Source: Paraspadella gotoi
Lineage: Eukaryota > Animalia > Chaetognatha
Direction: 5' to 3'
NCBI GenBank assembly: GCA_051294375.1
Contig: CM119266.1
Coordinates: forward strand, 15,279,859-15,343,858
Length of the DNA: 64,000 bases
Shown: piece by piece, positions 42,591 to 55,452 of the stretch
Position numbering within the stretch: the stretch's first letter is position 1
Layout of the letters: each line of letters opens with the position of its first letter
The notes under the pieces: model-generated
Told to the model about the DNA's origin: nothing
The model's input: only the letters and a program-made list of their open reading frames with translations
Databases searched by the model: none
Made by a program: the position numbers and the translations under genes

Positions 42591-45500
42591 CCCTTTCGTT
42601 CCTCCGTGTTTCATTAATCTTATCTCCTTTTAATCCAGTCTAATCATCCTTTATCCTCATTCCGTTTCTCCACTTTCTAATCTCGCCCCCGATTTTTTTC
42701 TTTCTTGTTTACGGCGTCACGTGAGGTAAATAAGGCTGATTAAAAAAAGGTCTGGCAGTTTATTATGACGCCCGGGTTTCGAGAAACTTCGCAGATTCAG
42801 TTTCGTTTTAATTATAAAATTCAAAACGCTGAATATTGAACAAAAAAAAACATTCGGATTGTTTAGTACGACTCCAACAACTTTTTCTCAACTATTGAAA
42901 AAAAAAAACAACTACTGAAGAGAGACAGACACAGATAGAGACGGACATATCTCTTTAACCTTTTTGAATTTATTATCCGAAACGCTACTTTAAAAAAGGA
43001 GTCGCTCCTTCGACCTTTCTCTCACTCAGACTCACCTTTGACTTCCGCTCGCTGGCCGAGGATCCCTTCCTCCGATTCCCGCCTCTCGAGTTTCGACTGG
43101 AACGCCTACTTCCGGTTTCTGTGTCCGACGCGTCGAGCGTCACGATTGCCGAGTGCTGACTCATGGGCGACACGGACCGACGGTTGAGGTGCAGCTTCGT
43201 CGGGCCTGAATAGATTAGTAAATTGATTAATTAATCAAATAGAAAATTTAATGATAATGATACTTAGAATTACTTAAATATTTACAAACACTAAAATTTA
43301 TATTATTTTTGAATAAATAAGTGCGAGGTAAAAGAAAAAAAAGCAAGTATAATGGTGAAAATTCCCTAATAAAATCCTCGATTTAAAGGTTTCATCTCTG
43401 TATAACATGTTTTTTTTATTTCGTAAAGATCAAGGTGGTATTGATTTTTAATTTTATTATTTTTTTAAAATTTAATGCCAGTCTTCATAGTACAATTTTA
43501 TTTTCCTCTTTAATTTCCCATGGCAAATTGCCACTTCATTCAACTCTCTCTCTCTCTCTCCCCGTGTCTCTCTCTCTCTGTCTTGCTCTCTATTTTTCAT
43601 TGAGGGAAGACTTTCCTATTTATCGAACCGAAGGTTGAGGCGTGAAAAAAAAATCTCATTTGACGAAGAAGGAACTTGGCAAAGAAATCGCTTTTGAGAC
43701 GAAGTGAGTTAAAACCGAGTCGAAACAGAAGCCGGGGGGGAAGTGGGGGGGGAAGATAGTCATACCTAAAGACTTAACAGATTTTAAAAGTCTGCTAATG
43801 TATTTTCTTCGCAATATTCTTTATCATACAGATATTTGTTTTCGAGGACGTTGAATGTATGAAATCGAGAGAACGTGAAACAGTATCGTAGTTGTAACGG
43901 TTTTCTATGGCTTTTGAGTTATTGTTTCCCATTTTTTCGACGTTGCTTTTAAATCATTTTCACTTTTTTCCCTTTGCTTATTTGTAATACTGTACTACAG
44001 CCAGAGAAATCGTTTCTCCGATTACTTCTCAGTTTCTGAGAGACAGAGAGACAGAAAAAAAGAGAGGCAGTCGATAAGCTTTACCGCTGCTAAAAACGGT
44101 TTAAATTTAAATTTAAATTTAGACATTGTATTTTGACTTTCTTTTTTGCTATTTAAAATAGTTTAGAGATGAAACGAAAAATTCGTTGTAATAGCAATTT
44201 TTATTTTTATTATTGTACATGTTTCGACTCTTAGTGTTACGAGTCTTCATCAGCAAAAAAAGATGAAGACTCGTAACACTAAGAGTCGAAACATGTACAA
44301 TAATAAAAGTAAAAATTGCTATTACAACGAATTTTTCGTTTCATCTCTAAAAATTTAAATTTAAAAACGGTTTAAATTTACCAAAATTGCAAATTTCGTC
44401 AGGCACAATCTAATTTAAAAAATTCGAAACATAAAATCAGCCATAAACTCCCCAAATATGTCGTCTTTAAGGTTTGATTACGGAAACAGGAAAACAAATC
44501 GTTTTATATACAGTATAAAAAAAATCTTAGAAAAAACGAGAGACGGGCTAAAGTTGAGATCTTTTGATGCCCATAAAGTTAAGTGTTCAGACCCCAAATC
44601 TCGATCTCTGTTTATTTTAGCCCCGGAGAAAATGAACGGCAGACATTGCCAAATTTCTGGCGGTAATCAATATTATGACGTTGGCTTATGAATAAAGACG
44701 TTTTAATATGAACCGTTAAATTTATATAATTTGGTTCGGGTTCCGGAGCAGTAGTTTCTCGATGCAAATGAGATTGTTATAATGACAATGGAGCCATTGT
44801 CATCGTTTCCCGTAAAAGGCCTGGACAGTATTGAACTGACATTTATGGAGTTTTTAAAAAAAAATCTGAACAGATCGAACAAACAAAGGAGGCAAGAGAC
44901 TCAAAGGAAATCACGTCGCAAAGGCCGGGAATGACCACTCGATTAACAAAGGGGGAAATCAACCGGTAACCCATGGGGAGGAAAGAAAGAGAGAGAGAAA
45001 GAGAGAGAGTAATAAAAGGATAAATGGTTGGTTGCATTACAGCAGGTTGAACGACCGGGAATTGGCGAGCGCACAACCAAAGTCAACCATGAAATAAAAC
45101 GAATGGACTTAAACGAATATTATAATTATGGTGTATACGATATCTCTGGCGTATAACGTATATTACGTGTGTTTTTTATTTTCTCACAAAATGCTAGACA
45201 GTTTTGGATGGAATTCATCAAATATTGCTCAACAAAGTGTTGATTACGTGAACATTTTGTAGTTTTTTTTTCTCCTCTTTTGATTAATGATCAAACGTGG
45301 CGACAGAGACAAAACTATATTGTGGGAAAGAGAGAGAACGATAGTCAAAAAGAAAGACAGAAAGAGAGCGAAACTACAGAAAAAAACTCAAGTGAGACTA
45401 TTAAATACAAAGTCGTATAACGCGGATTACCCATATAAAGACCTACTTTGTATAAAGCGTTTCTTTAATTTATCATAAGTACAAGGCTCTCTTGTTTGCT

Positions 45501-45943
45501 CAATTAATCTAAAAAACTAACAATTACCAGGTGCAAAGAAATAATTAAAAAAAGACATTATCAGCGGATAATTTAACGCAGACCCAGAGGTTTTAAATTT
45601 TGCTTATTTTGTAGTAGATTGGTGATCGTTGATTATCGTGGTTTTCGTTTCTTTCCCAAAAGATTTCCCCAAATATTCATCGCCAAATTTGAGTAATTTG
45701 ATAAAAGCATTAAATTGATACCGTTTAGTAAACCAAATTTGGACTCATGAACTTTGCTGCGACAGATTGCGTTTTCCTAATTCAATCGGATATCATTATA
45801 TAGAATAAATATAAAATCGACGCGGTGCGAGAGAGAAAGAGAGAGAGAGGGAGAGAGAGAGAGAGCTACTCACCCGGAGAGGCGGAGAGCATGGAGGTCG
45901 TGGAGGCGTGCGAGTGGACGGACTGGTTGGAGCGTCTCGACAT
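37646..45943 (-). CDS. Uncharacterised single-pass membrane protein (~260 aa); exons 45943-45874, 43205-43036, 41453-41427, 40810-40585, 39197-39075, 37812-37646
   Basis: Phase-consistent GT-AG chain: MSRRSNQSVHS... Ser/Arg-rich N-terminus, basic KRKKIAR, TM LVMIIAFLMFGMCIILLGGTL, then AMSEDIDEKVRRMNE and a Ser/Thr-rich C-terminus with NVT/NSS sequons. Confidence 0.7.
37959..38181 (-). mobile_element. Distant family A relative
   Basis: Reverse complement TGTGGCGAAT-hairpin...cgccagt...aggtccaaagccc...gagatg...gggcatcaca...GCCATA; no intact TSD. Confidence 0.55.
40950..41350. repeat. Degenerate ~20-bp minisatellite (atttatcaaagacagttac-like) split by family A copy 2
   Basis: Repeated atcaaag motif on both sides of the insertion. 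Confidence 0.6.
41061..41315 (+). mobile_element. Family A element, copy 2
   Basis: 4-bp TSD ggcc; near-identical to 30296-30550; inserted into a ~20-bp minisatellite. Confidence 0.85.
44162..44351. mobile_element. Near-perfect 90-bp-arm foldback, Penelope-like pLTR remnant
   Basis: 44162-44251 is the reverse complement of 44262-44351 (one mismatch seen) around a 10-nt loop; contains a hammerhead motif. Confidence 0.8.
44208..44260 (-). ncRNA. Minimal type I hammerhead ribozyme motif
   Basis: Minus strand uug-CUGAUGA-a-gacuc-guaacacuaa-gaguc-GAAA-CAUG-UA-caa: conserved core, 5-bp stem II, short palindromic stem III, GUA cleavage triplet, short stem I (uug/caa). Confidence 0.75.
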
Positions 45944-47078
45944 GGTGACGGCGAAAAGACGACAAGGTGGAGGACGAGGAGGAAGAGGAGGAGGATGAGG
46001 AGGTGACGCGGGTTACCCGAAACGAACGAGGCGACGACGATGAAAGCGGAGGAGGGAGAAGTGAGGAGGAGGAAGAGGAGCAGGCGACAAAAGTGAGAAG
46101 GAAAAAAGAAAAAAAAGGAAAGAAAAAAAAAGGAATCAAAATAAAAGAAACTCGGAGAATATCAGAGTTTTTAAGTCTTCGTGAAGAGAAGAATTTTCGA
46201 GGGTAAATCCCGCCCTCGTTCTCTATTGTTTTTTTTTTTGTTTTTTTGATTCCGGTGCGTATGTTCTTGTTTTCTTTTAATCTTTTCTTCGCCAGAATAA
46301 CGAGGGTTTTTTTTTCCTTTTGACGCCGACGCGAATTTCCTCCGTCGACTTCGGCGCCAAAGATTTTGAAAATCTCTGTGAGAATTCACATTTTCTTATC
46401 TTTTCTTTTCTTTTTTAAAATCATTTTATTCACAATTTATTCTTGGTTTGTTTTCTTTTACTTTCAATGGTTTTAAATGTTTTTTTCCCTATTTTTTTTT
46501 CTCTTTGGATTATTCACCTCTTTGCAAAATTGGGGAGAGAAAGAAAGAGAGCTTGAGTAAATTCTTTAAAATTAAGATGAAGAATAACACAATCCAACTA
46601 CGTATGACCGTCTTTTTTACTCGATCTCGCTTTGGAAATAATTTTGCGACATATGTTGAATGATATTCATTCCGAAGCACTCGTTGGCTTCATAATGTTT
46701 TTCGTTGTCTAATGGTTATTCGAGAGAGAATTTTTCAATCTTTATTTTGGATTTCTTATTTCCTCTTTATGTCTTTGCTTGATGGCTTTTCCCGCCAGCC
46801 TTTCTTTTATCTTTTATCCTTAATATCTTTTACCCGCGGTCGCATTACTGGCTCCTCGAGAGGGGGCGCGAGAAACGGAAGCGAAATTCCCTTAGCAACG
46901 AAAAACGCATCTTTTTTTCTCCCTAGCGACGGAATCACCGAATCTACTTAGCGACAGGGAGCCGAGATCCCCCTCTCGGACAGATGACGAAAGAGGAGGA
47001 AAAGGACGTTGACTCCAGATGCAAATTAGTGTCTCATCTTTAAATAAAAAAAAAAAAGGCATGGAAAAGAGGGAGATG

Positions 47079-47128
<50 letters not shown>

Positions 47129-47443
47129 AGAACGAGATGAGAGAGAGAGGAGAGAGAGAGAGAGAGAACGAATTAGGGAAGGCAAAACTGTTTAAGAACA
47201 ACGTCCTCCAGAAACATTTCCAATATGGCGGCGATCAAAGAGAGAGAGGGAGTGGAGACGGAGATAGGAGGAAGCTAATTTGACTTGCAGCGACTCCACA
47301 TCCGGAAGGCTTTATCCCGATATATCCGTGCGATAAAGCTCAGAAAGTTTCCCGCCTTTGAGAAGAGATAGGAGAGAGAGAAGAGAGACAGAGAAGAGAG
47401 AGAGAGAGGAGAGAGAGAGAAAGAGAGAGAAGAGAGAGAGAGC

Positions 47444-47477
<34 letters not shown>

Positions 47478-49314
47478 ATAAGATGGGGTAAACTATCTCT
47501 GAACAAGAGATTAACTCGCAATTTTCGGTGGTCTTGTCCAAGATCTGAATAATTTAGTTTTTTTTTCTTTCACTTCAGTTAAATGAAACTCAAGAATTCG
47601 TTTTGTACGTTCTATTCCGCCTGCCATTCGCAACTTGCAAACTCTGTCTTCGGTTCGCGCAAATGGCGCAACATTTAACGCTAATGATCATCGTAATTTA
47701 AGTGATATGTCTAATTTTCGCAGCAGTCTACTGTATTTACGTATCACTGAGACTATCAGGGAAGAAATGCTTCATTTCCTTTTCGTCCGCCAGGATCGTC
47801 AAGGTTTTGAACAATAAAGAAGAGAGCATCGGTATTTTTTTATTTTTTTTAAATCTCCTCTTTTTTTTAATGGTGAGACAAAAAGAGGAAACGTGACTCC
47901 GATTGTCTTTGATAACGATGGACGCTAATTGTGAGGACGTGAATGAAATGGCGGAGGAGGAGGAGGAGGAGGAGGAGGAGGAAGAGGCGAACGTGAACGA
48001 GGAGACTAGGAGGACGGAGAGTTGGAAATTAATTGGATGGACGATAGGAATTGAGTGAGAAGATGAAGAAGACGAGGAGGAGCGAAGGAGGAAAAGGAGG
48101 AGAAGGAAAATCGAGGGACAATCGGTTTCCTCAATTCTCGACCGACAGACGAACAATTTTAATTTTCGCTGAAAAAAAAAATATATGAATCAAAGGTTAA
48201 AAAAATACCGGTTTAATTTTATACTTCCGTATATAATAATTAATTTCGTTTTGTTACGAATACATTTGTACTAATTTATTCAGCTCGGATCAGATTTAAT
48301 CAAAAATACCAATCCTCTCTCCCAAAAGAAATTTTTTTAGAAAAGACTTTACACGAGCGAAATCAATGGAATATTGATCTATAATTTTTGATGAATCTAG
48401 AATTCTGTTCTTTTACATGACCTTAACTTCCTTTGCCTTTTCCGTCTCGCGTCTTTCTTCCTTTTCTCATCCCAATCTTTCTTTACCGGCTATTAACATA
48501 ATTACCTCCGGTGCTCTGCTTTTCCACAATGCATCATTAAGTCGCTGCGATTCGAAGCAGAATACAAATAACTTTAATACACTGTGCGTGTTTGACATAG
48601 ACAGAGCTACTTAGAGCAGTTTCATTCTTTTAATTTGCTGTTTGGAATAACGACCACTATATTATATATTGATAAAATAACTTTTTTGTTCGTTTTTTTT
48701 TATATGAAGTAATCTAAAACTACTGAAGTTTTATAAAAATTAACTTTATTTAATTTTCAATAATTATAAATAAGCTCGTATAGAATTAACTCTAAATCAT
48801 CCCTTATAGCTGATAAAATTAAAAATGATTTTGAAAATTATTATTTATTCAAAGAATACATGCGATCAATCATATTCTCAAATCTGCGATTTCTAAAAAA
48901 AATAGCCAAATGTTAAAAGCTTGTGGTCAGCATACATTCAACAATTTTTTTTACATTTTTCTCTCTCAAAAATGTACTTAGAGAGATCACAGATGTGACT
49001 ATTATTTTTTAAAAATGAGCATTACTTTCATTACAAAGTGCGTGCATCTGACTTACGCTTTGAATTTATTTTTTAAAATAGAAAAATTCTATAGAAACTA
49101 TATTTAATTGGGTTTTTCAAAATTGCGTTTGCCGACAAGAAAAAAAAACGAGTTTTTATGCCATTAGCATGAAATATTAGTTCTTAATATCGGCGTCATT
49201 CGTTCGTCGCGCTACATATATCCAAAACAAAAGCGAATCGCATAAAACTCCTCCAAAAGCACGCTTCATAAAGCCAAAACAAGAGGTCCAGAGAGAGAGA
49301 GAAGAGAGAGAGAG

Positions 49315-49371
<57 letters not shown>

Positions 49372-49479
49372 TGAGGAAGGTGAGCGAAACGAAATAAAAA
49401 ACGAGTTAACGCACTTTTATTTGCAGATATAAATATTACGACCGGAAGACAGCGATGCGATTTAGCGGTGTAGCGCGTC

Positions 49480-49533
49480 GTTGCCAAGGTGACGGCGCCG
49501 GTACTCGCGTATGGTAAAAAAAAAAAATGAGGT

Positions 49534-49609
<76 letters not shown>

Positions 49610-49790
49610 AGAGAGAGAGAGAGAGAGAGAGGAGAGAAAACATAGAGAAGAGAAAGCGAGAAAGAACAAAAAAGGGAAATCGAAGGCGCGTGACGTCACT
49701 TTTTCGTTGCTTGGCAACGGCGCCGTTGTTGCCCATAGCAACGCGTTCGAAGCCAGCGCGCGCGGTGATGCTGTAGAGAGAAAGCACGTG
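49480..49790. promoter_or_regulatory. Cluster of RFX X-boxes plus CRE and E-box
   Basis: gttgccaaggtgac 49480-49493, gttgcttggcaac 49706-49718, gttgcccatagcaac 49728-49742, TGACGTCA 49691-49698, CACGTG 49785-49790. Confidence 0.55.
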
Positions 49791-50617
49791 AATATGAGGG
49801 GCGCTCTAGTTCTTCTTCGTCGTCGTTGTCGTCGTCATCATCGTCATTCGACGACTCAAACGAGAGAGTTGGTGATTATGTCGAAGAGGAAGAGAAAAGT
49901 CAGAAGGTGATCGATGGATTGAGGAAAAGCGTAGTAAATGATAAAAGAGACAAAAGGGTATGAAGAGATTTTTAAAGGATATTAAATAGATTTTAAAAAA
50001 TGGTAATAGAGAGAAAAGGGTATGAAGAGTTTTTTTAAGAATATTAGATAGATGAGACCTGAAGTTAGAGACTTTGTTATTATCAGGAGAAAGGAATGAG
50101 GATTTTGATAATATAAAACCGAGTCCGAGTTCTTCCCTTCCACAATAGCGATAAGAAAACTTGAAAGAAAAAAAAAAGTAAGTTTGAGAAAATCCATTTT
50201 CCACGGTGATTAGGGATGGAGCAGCGAGGCCGAAGTGGGGGCGGGTGAACTCGCCTTTGAAAAAAAAAGACGTCGATAGTGAGGACCGAGTGGGCAGTCC
50301 GAGACCGACAATGAAGTCTTTTCTCGCGGAGGAAGGAGAAGCGACGGAGAAAAGAATCGCGGAGGAAAGGGCGGGGGAGGAAAGAAAAAGGAAAAATGAA
50401 AAGAGGAAGGAAAGAAAGAGAAGAAAGGAAAAAGGATTTTGGGAAGAATGGGTTTTCTTTGTGGAAAATGTGATTCGCTTTGAATGAGTTTGCGGTGTAC
50501 GTTTGGGTTTTCAACGATGTGTGAAAATTATGGGATTATTACAAAATTAAAACTGAAAAAAATAAGTTGAAAAAAAATAAACTGAAATTCGAAGAAACGA
50601 CGAAAAAATGGAGACAA

Positions 50618-50752
50618 TACAAGACAAGGCGGAACAAGACAAGACAGGACAGGATAAGACAAGACAAGACAAGACAAGACAAGACAAGACAAGACAAGAC
50701 AAGACAAGACAAGACAAGACAAGACAAGACAAGACAAGACAAGACAAGACAA
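50618..50752. repeat. (GACAA)n pentanucleotide microsatellite
   Basis: Direct reading. Confidence 0.95.
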
Positions 50753-51064
50753 GAAAATACCATTAACTTACCCTATAAATGTAACTTCCTGGAAATTTTT
50801 AAACGAAGAGTAAAACACGAGCAAAAACAAATATAATTCGAAAAACGAATACTCTTATAGTTTTCAGTAGGTGAGTCAAAACGAAGCGAAACGAGCCGAA
50901 GTGAATAAAGGGAGAGGAGAAACGTCGAATATAGCGACTATAAAGAGCTCGGAGAGAACGAAGAGAAAAAGGGAAGAAAAAGAATCTCAAGAGAAGAAAT
51001 GAAGATAATGAACGAGCAGATTAGTTCAAGAGCATAGGTGGGGAGAGAGGGAAAGAGTGAGAGA

Positions 51065-51121
<57 letters not shown>

Positions 51122-51804
51122 TGAAGGGAAAAACACTGGGGGCGAGCGTAAATCATGAAAACTTTGATAAACACAAGACGGAGATGAAAAATGAGAAGAA
51201 AAAGAAAAGGAAAATCTGTTTTTAAAAAAGAAACTTTAGGGTTGAACCATAAAAATCCGAAAAAAAAACGGGAGACGTGAAAGGCGGGATCCGTTGAACG
51301 CAATGTGGACGAGTTAAGCTCTTTTACTCTGAGTCGGTGGGATTTACTTAGATACGCGCCGTCATGGGAAGATTACTCGCGGTCGGTTGGCCCGTCGAAG
51401 GGTCTTCTTGGTTGAGAAATTAGGTAAAGTCGGAAGAGAGTGAAAAAATACTTCTCTATTAGATTCATCCGAACAAAAATAATATTTGGACATTCATAAA
51501 ATTTAAGGGAAAAAAATATTGTACACGAAAAAAATGATTTATAGCGGAAATTTTTACAATATGTCAATCATTTGGGAAATCCCTTCCACCCGACCCACCA
51601 GGCAAAACGACCGAGGTATTTCCGGCGACATCAACGTCTCTCCCTCTCTATCGTTTTCCTTGATACAATCCAGGTTCATATCCTCGGTCTGTCGAGCGTC
51701 CTTGGGACCGAACCCGCTTATTCCTTTTTTATTTGGCGAATGGAATAATTCCAAGGTTTTTTTATTCGCGGCGACAAAAAGTGTTCTTTTTTATCATCGT
51801 TTTC

Positions 51805-51909
<105 letters not shown>

Positions 51910-52215
51910 CCCAAAACACGAATCCACATCAGCCCATCCGCAAACCAGGACTCCTGTTATAACTGCTCCCGAGTGATTTCTCAAAATACTTATAAAACTT
52001 GAGGATATTTTTCTCTCTTATCTTACTTAGTCTCGCGCCGTCGCCCCGACTATTTTTTTCATTACTATTCCTCTCGCTTATCATTAACTCCGTCTCCTTT
52101 CCTCAACTCCATCAATCCTTTTCCCTTCCACACTCCGGACTACACATTTTATTTCGCAATTCCTTCTCTTACTTATCATGAACTATTCTCTCTCTCTCTC
52201 AGTCCATCTCTCTCT

Positions 52216-52288
<73 letters not shown>

Positions 52289-52617
52289 CTGGTCTCTCTC
52301 TCTCTTTTCTTATCCCCTACCTCACTTCCTTAGGTAAGTCTCCCCGCTTCCGAATCGTTTTTCATAAACCCTCCAAAATCCCTGAAGTCAACCGGTTATT
52401 TTTTTCTTCCAAAAACTGATCCGTCTTTCTCGTTTCTATTGAGATCCTCCGCTCTCTTTTCCTCGAGATCCACTCGGGGTCTATTCGTCCGTCTGTCTTT
52501 CCTCGATGGTCCGTCATTCGTCCCACGGATTTGGCTATGGTCGAGATTTCTTCGGATCGACAATTTGCACGTGACGCACGTAAGTGCGTGAGTGCGTGGT
52601 ACGTTTAAAATAGTAAC

Positions 52618-52809
52618 TGTGGCGGACTAAAATCCACCAACCGATCGTCAGCGGCCATGGGTGCCGGAGGCAAGTCATTCGCCTCCCAACCCAAAGGTCC
52701 GGGGTTCTAGCCCGGTGGCTGCCTCGCAGTTAAGAGGGAGGGGGCGCTTAACCCTCCTGTAACACGGTGTTTCAGCCTGATCCGAAGCTCAGCTTCTGTC
52801 ACTAACACA
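52618..52809 (+). mobile_element. TGTGGCGG...ACA element with 4-bp TSD carrying a tRNA-like module
   Basis: TSD taac on both sides; 5' hairpin like family A. Internal gcggcca...tggctgc acceptor-like stem, tcgcctccca anticodon-like loop (CCC), ggttctagccc T-loop/B-box-like motif. Confidence 0.65.
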
Positions 52810-53349
52810 TAACAATAATTACTGTCTCTTCATAACAAAAAGTACCTCTCGTATAAATAAAGAGATATAGCTTGACTTGATATCTCCTCAGTTTCCTTTC
52901 GGGGCTCCGAAAAAAAAGACAGAATGAAACCAGAAAAAAAAATAATACCTTCGGGACGTATTCGATTCATTCAGGCTCTCCGCTCTCCCTTGTATTTCTA
53001 TTTAGTTGTCAGACGGTTGTCACTAGAGTTGTCTCGAATTGAACAGAGATTAAAGAGAAACCAGAGTCTCGTTTTCGCTGCCTTCCTTTTCACGTTAATT
53101 TTACATCTTCCATCGCTGACTCTATGTCCCATTCTCCTCTCACTTTACTGCTCTTTTCCAGTCTCTACTCCCAGTCTTCCCTCCAGTCTTCCCCAGATCC
53201 GAGTCTCCCCTCGTCTGTCCTCGGTCTTCCCCTTACTCTTTCCACCTCCGAAATCCGACAAGGAGATTTCTGGATTCGGCGCTAGAGGCTATTTGCAGTA
53301 AATCTCTAGGTCGACACGCCTTGGGCGAGGCAGAGAAAATGTGTGAGAA

Positions 53350-53448
<99 letters not shown>

Positions 53449-54216
53449 AAAGAGAGAGAGAGAGAGAGAGAGAAGAGAGAGGAGAGAGAGAGAGGAGAGA
53501 GAGAGAGGCGCTTGGGCGGAATCGTAAGGAGTTCCGAAAGAAGTTCGAGATCATAGAGGTGAGAAAAGCCTGGCGTCGTTGACAAGAGGGGAAAGCCAAA
53601 AAAAAAAGTTAGAAAGAAGTAAAAGGAAAGAATTCAAGTAAGAAGGTAAGCATAATAAAAGAAAAAGAGAAAAAGAGAAAGAAAGAAAGAAAAAAATAAA
53701 TCTAGATCGGGTCGCATCAGACAAAAGCGCATAATGTTCTGCTAAATTATATTTGCCACCCGCTAAGTTCTCGACCCTTCTAAGCCCTCTGCTGCGCGCC
53801 ACAATGCGATTTTCTTTTTTCTTTCTTTTTTTCCTTTTAATCGATTTTACACTCCTAGCTTCTCTTGTATCTTTTTTCCTGAGAGGCGGAAAATGGAAAA
53901 AGTATTATAAAATAAAAATTTTCCTGTATTATTTTATCATTTATTTCATTGTATTTATTCATGTCGACACACTCGTTTTTATAGAATGAATATAGCTAAC
54001 ATTTTTAAATACTTATTGCTCAGTGCTTCTGAACATCACCAAATAAATCTCGTGATCCCATTTCGCGATTCTTGACTCCAGCCACTTTTTCCAAGACAAA
54101 CCCATCTCCGTTTCAGACTCGATCCTTGACTCCCCCCCCAACTTTTTTTTCTCCCCTCAAAGATCCCTTCTCTAATGTCGTTTCCATCCGGAATCGGAGA
54201 AATCTCATTGCCGATC

Positions 54217-54328
54217 GTCATCAACAATCATCCTCATCTTCATCGTCATCATCTTCATCATCGTCATCATCTTCATCATCTTCATCATCGTCATCATCGT
54301 CATCATCTTCATCATCGTCGTCATCGTC
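54217..54328. repeat. (TCA/TCG/TCT)n trinucleotide repeat
   Basis: Direct reading; source of the poly-Ser and poly-His ORFs. Confidence 0.85.
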
Positions 54329-55239
54329 GCCCCATGAGGTTTTCAGAGGATCGCGGTGCTTAAAATCCGATAATGGGCGACGAGACGTCGAGAGAGATTG
54401 AATATGGAATTAGGAAAAAAGGGTGAGTTCGAAAATCCCGGTTGCCATAGGGACAGGAAATTGTTTTTTTTTTTATTCCGTAAGTGAAAAAAAAAATCCG
54501 ACGTGTTCTTTCCATGTCATTTCCATTTCGAGCTTTCATGCTCCACTGTCTGTGAAATCTGCGAGGGTGGGACACTTGGACCGGTGGGATCAGGTGCTAG
54601 GGTTAAATTGGCAAGGAAAATCCACATTATATCCTTTTTTAATTCAGAGACATGATTCGGCCGACTATAACGACGAGAAATATTATAACAACATTCTATT
54701 TTATATTTTATGACAATATACAATTATATTTTCCGGGATAAACCACAATAATCGTCTCGATCTCATCCCTATCCCATCTCGGTCTGTTTCGAATGTTACT
54801 CAGATTTCATTTTCATCTAATCTCGATCTCATTCCTATCTCATCTGCATCTCACCTCGATCTCATCCCTATCACATCCCGAATCTCATCTGGTTGTTCCG
54901 ATCGTCCTGATTTTCTCATCGGCTTCGGATTGAATACAATAAACGAAGCCATTGAAGACAAGAGGGAACTGCCCATGGACCGGGACTTTCCCGCCCTTCA
55001 TTAATCTCTCTCGTTCTCAATCTCTCTCTCTATCTCTATCTCTCTCTCTCTATCTCTCTCTCTCTTTTCATAATATTATTCTATGCTAAAGCAAAGGGTC
55101 TGAAATTAATATCTCTTCAGAAAAGCTGTATCGGATTTATGGAATAGAATAATTGAGGCTTTGAATACATATTGAACAGACGAAGGGACCAAATGAGAAA
55201 CCATATCCTGTCTGTACGCTTTTTAAAAGATGAAAATGG

Positions 55240-55335
<96 letters not shown>

Positions 55336-55365
55336 GAAAGAAAAGAAGAAAAGAAAGAAAGAAAA

Positions 55366-55452
<87 letters not shown>

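Noticed and set aside
52651-52722. Functional tRNA-Gly gene
   Set aside because: Anticodon stem and D-arm pair poorly, the T-loop is non-canonical and there is no oligo-T terminator; treated as a tRNA-derived module.
54072-54401. Poly-Ser / poly-His ORFs
   Set aside because: Produced by a trinucleotide repeat; no convincing splice sites or domain.
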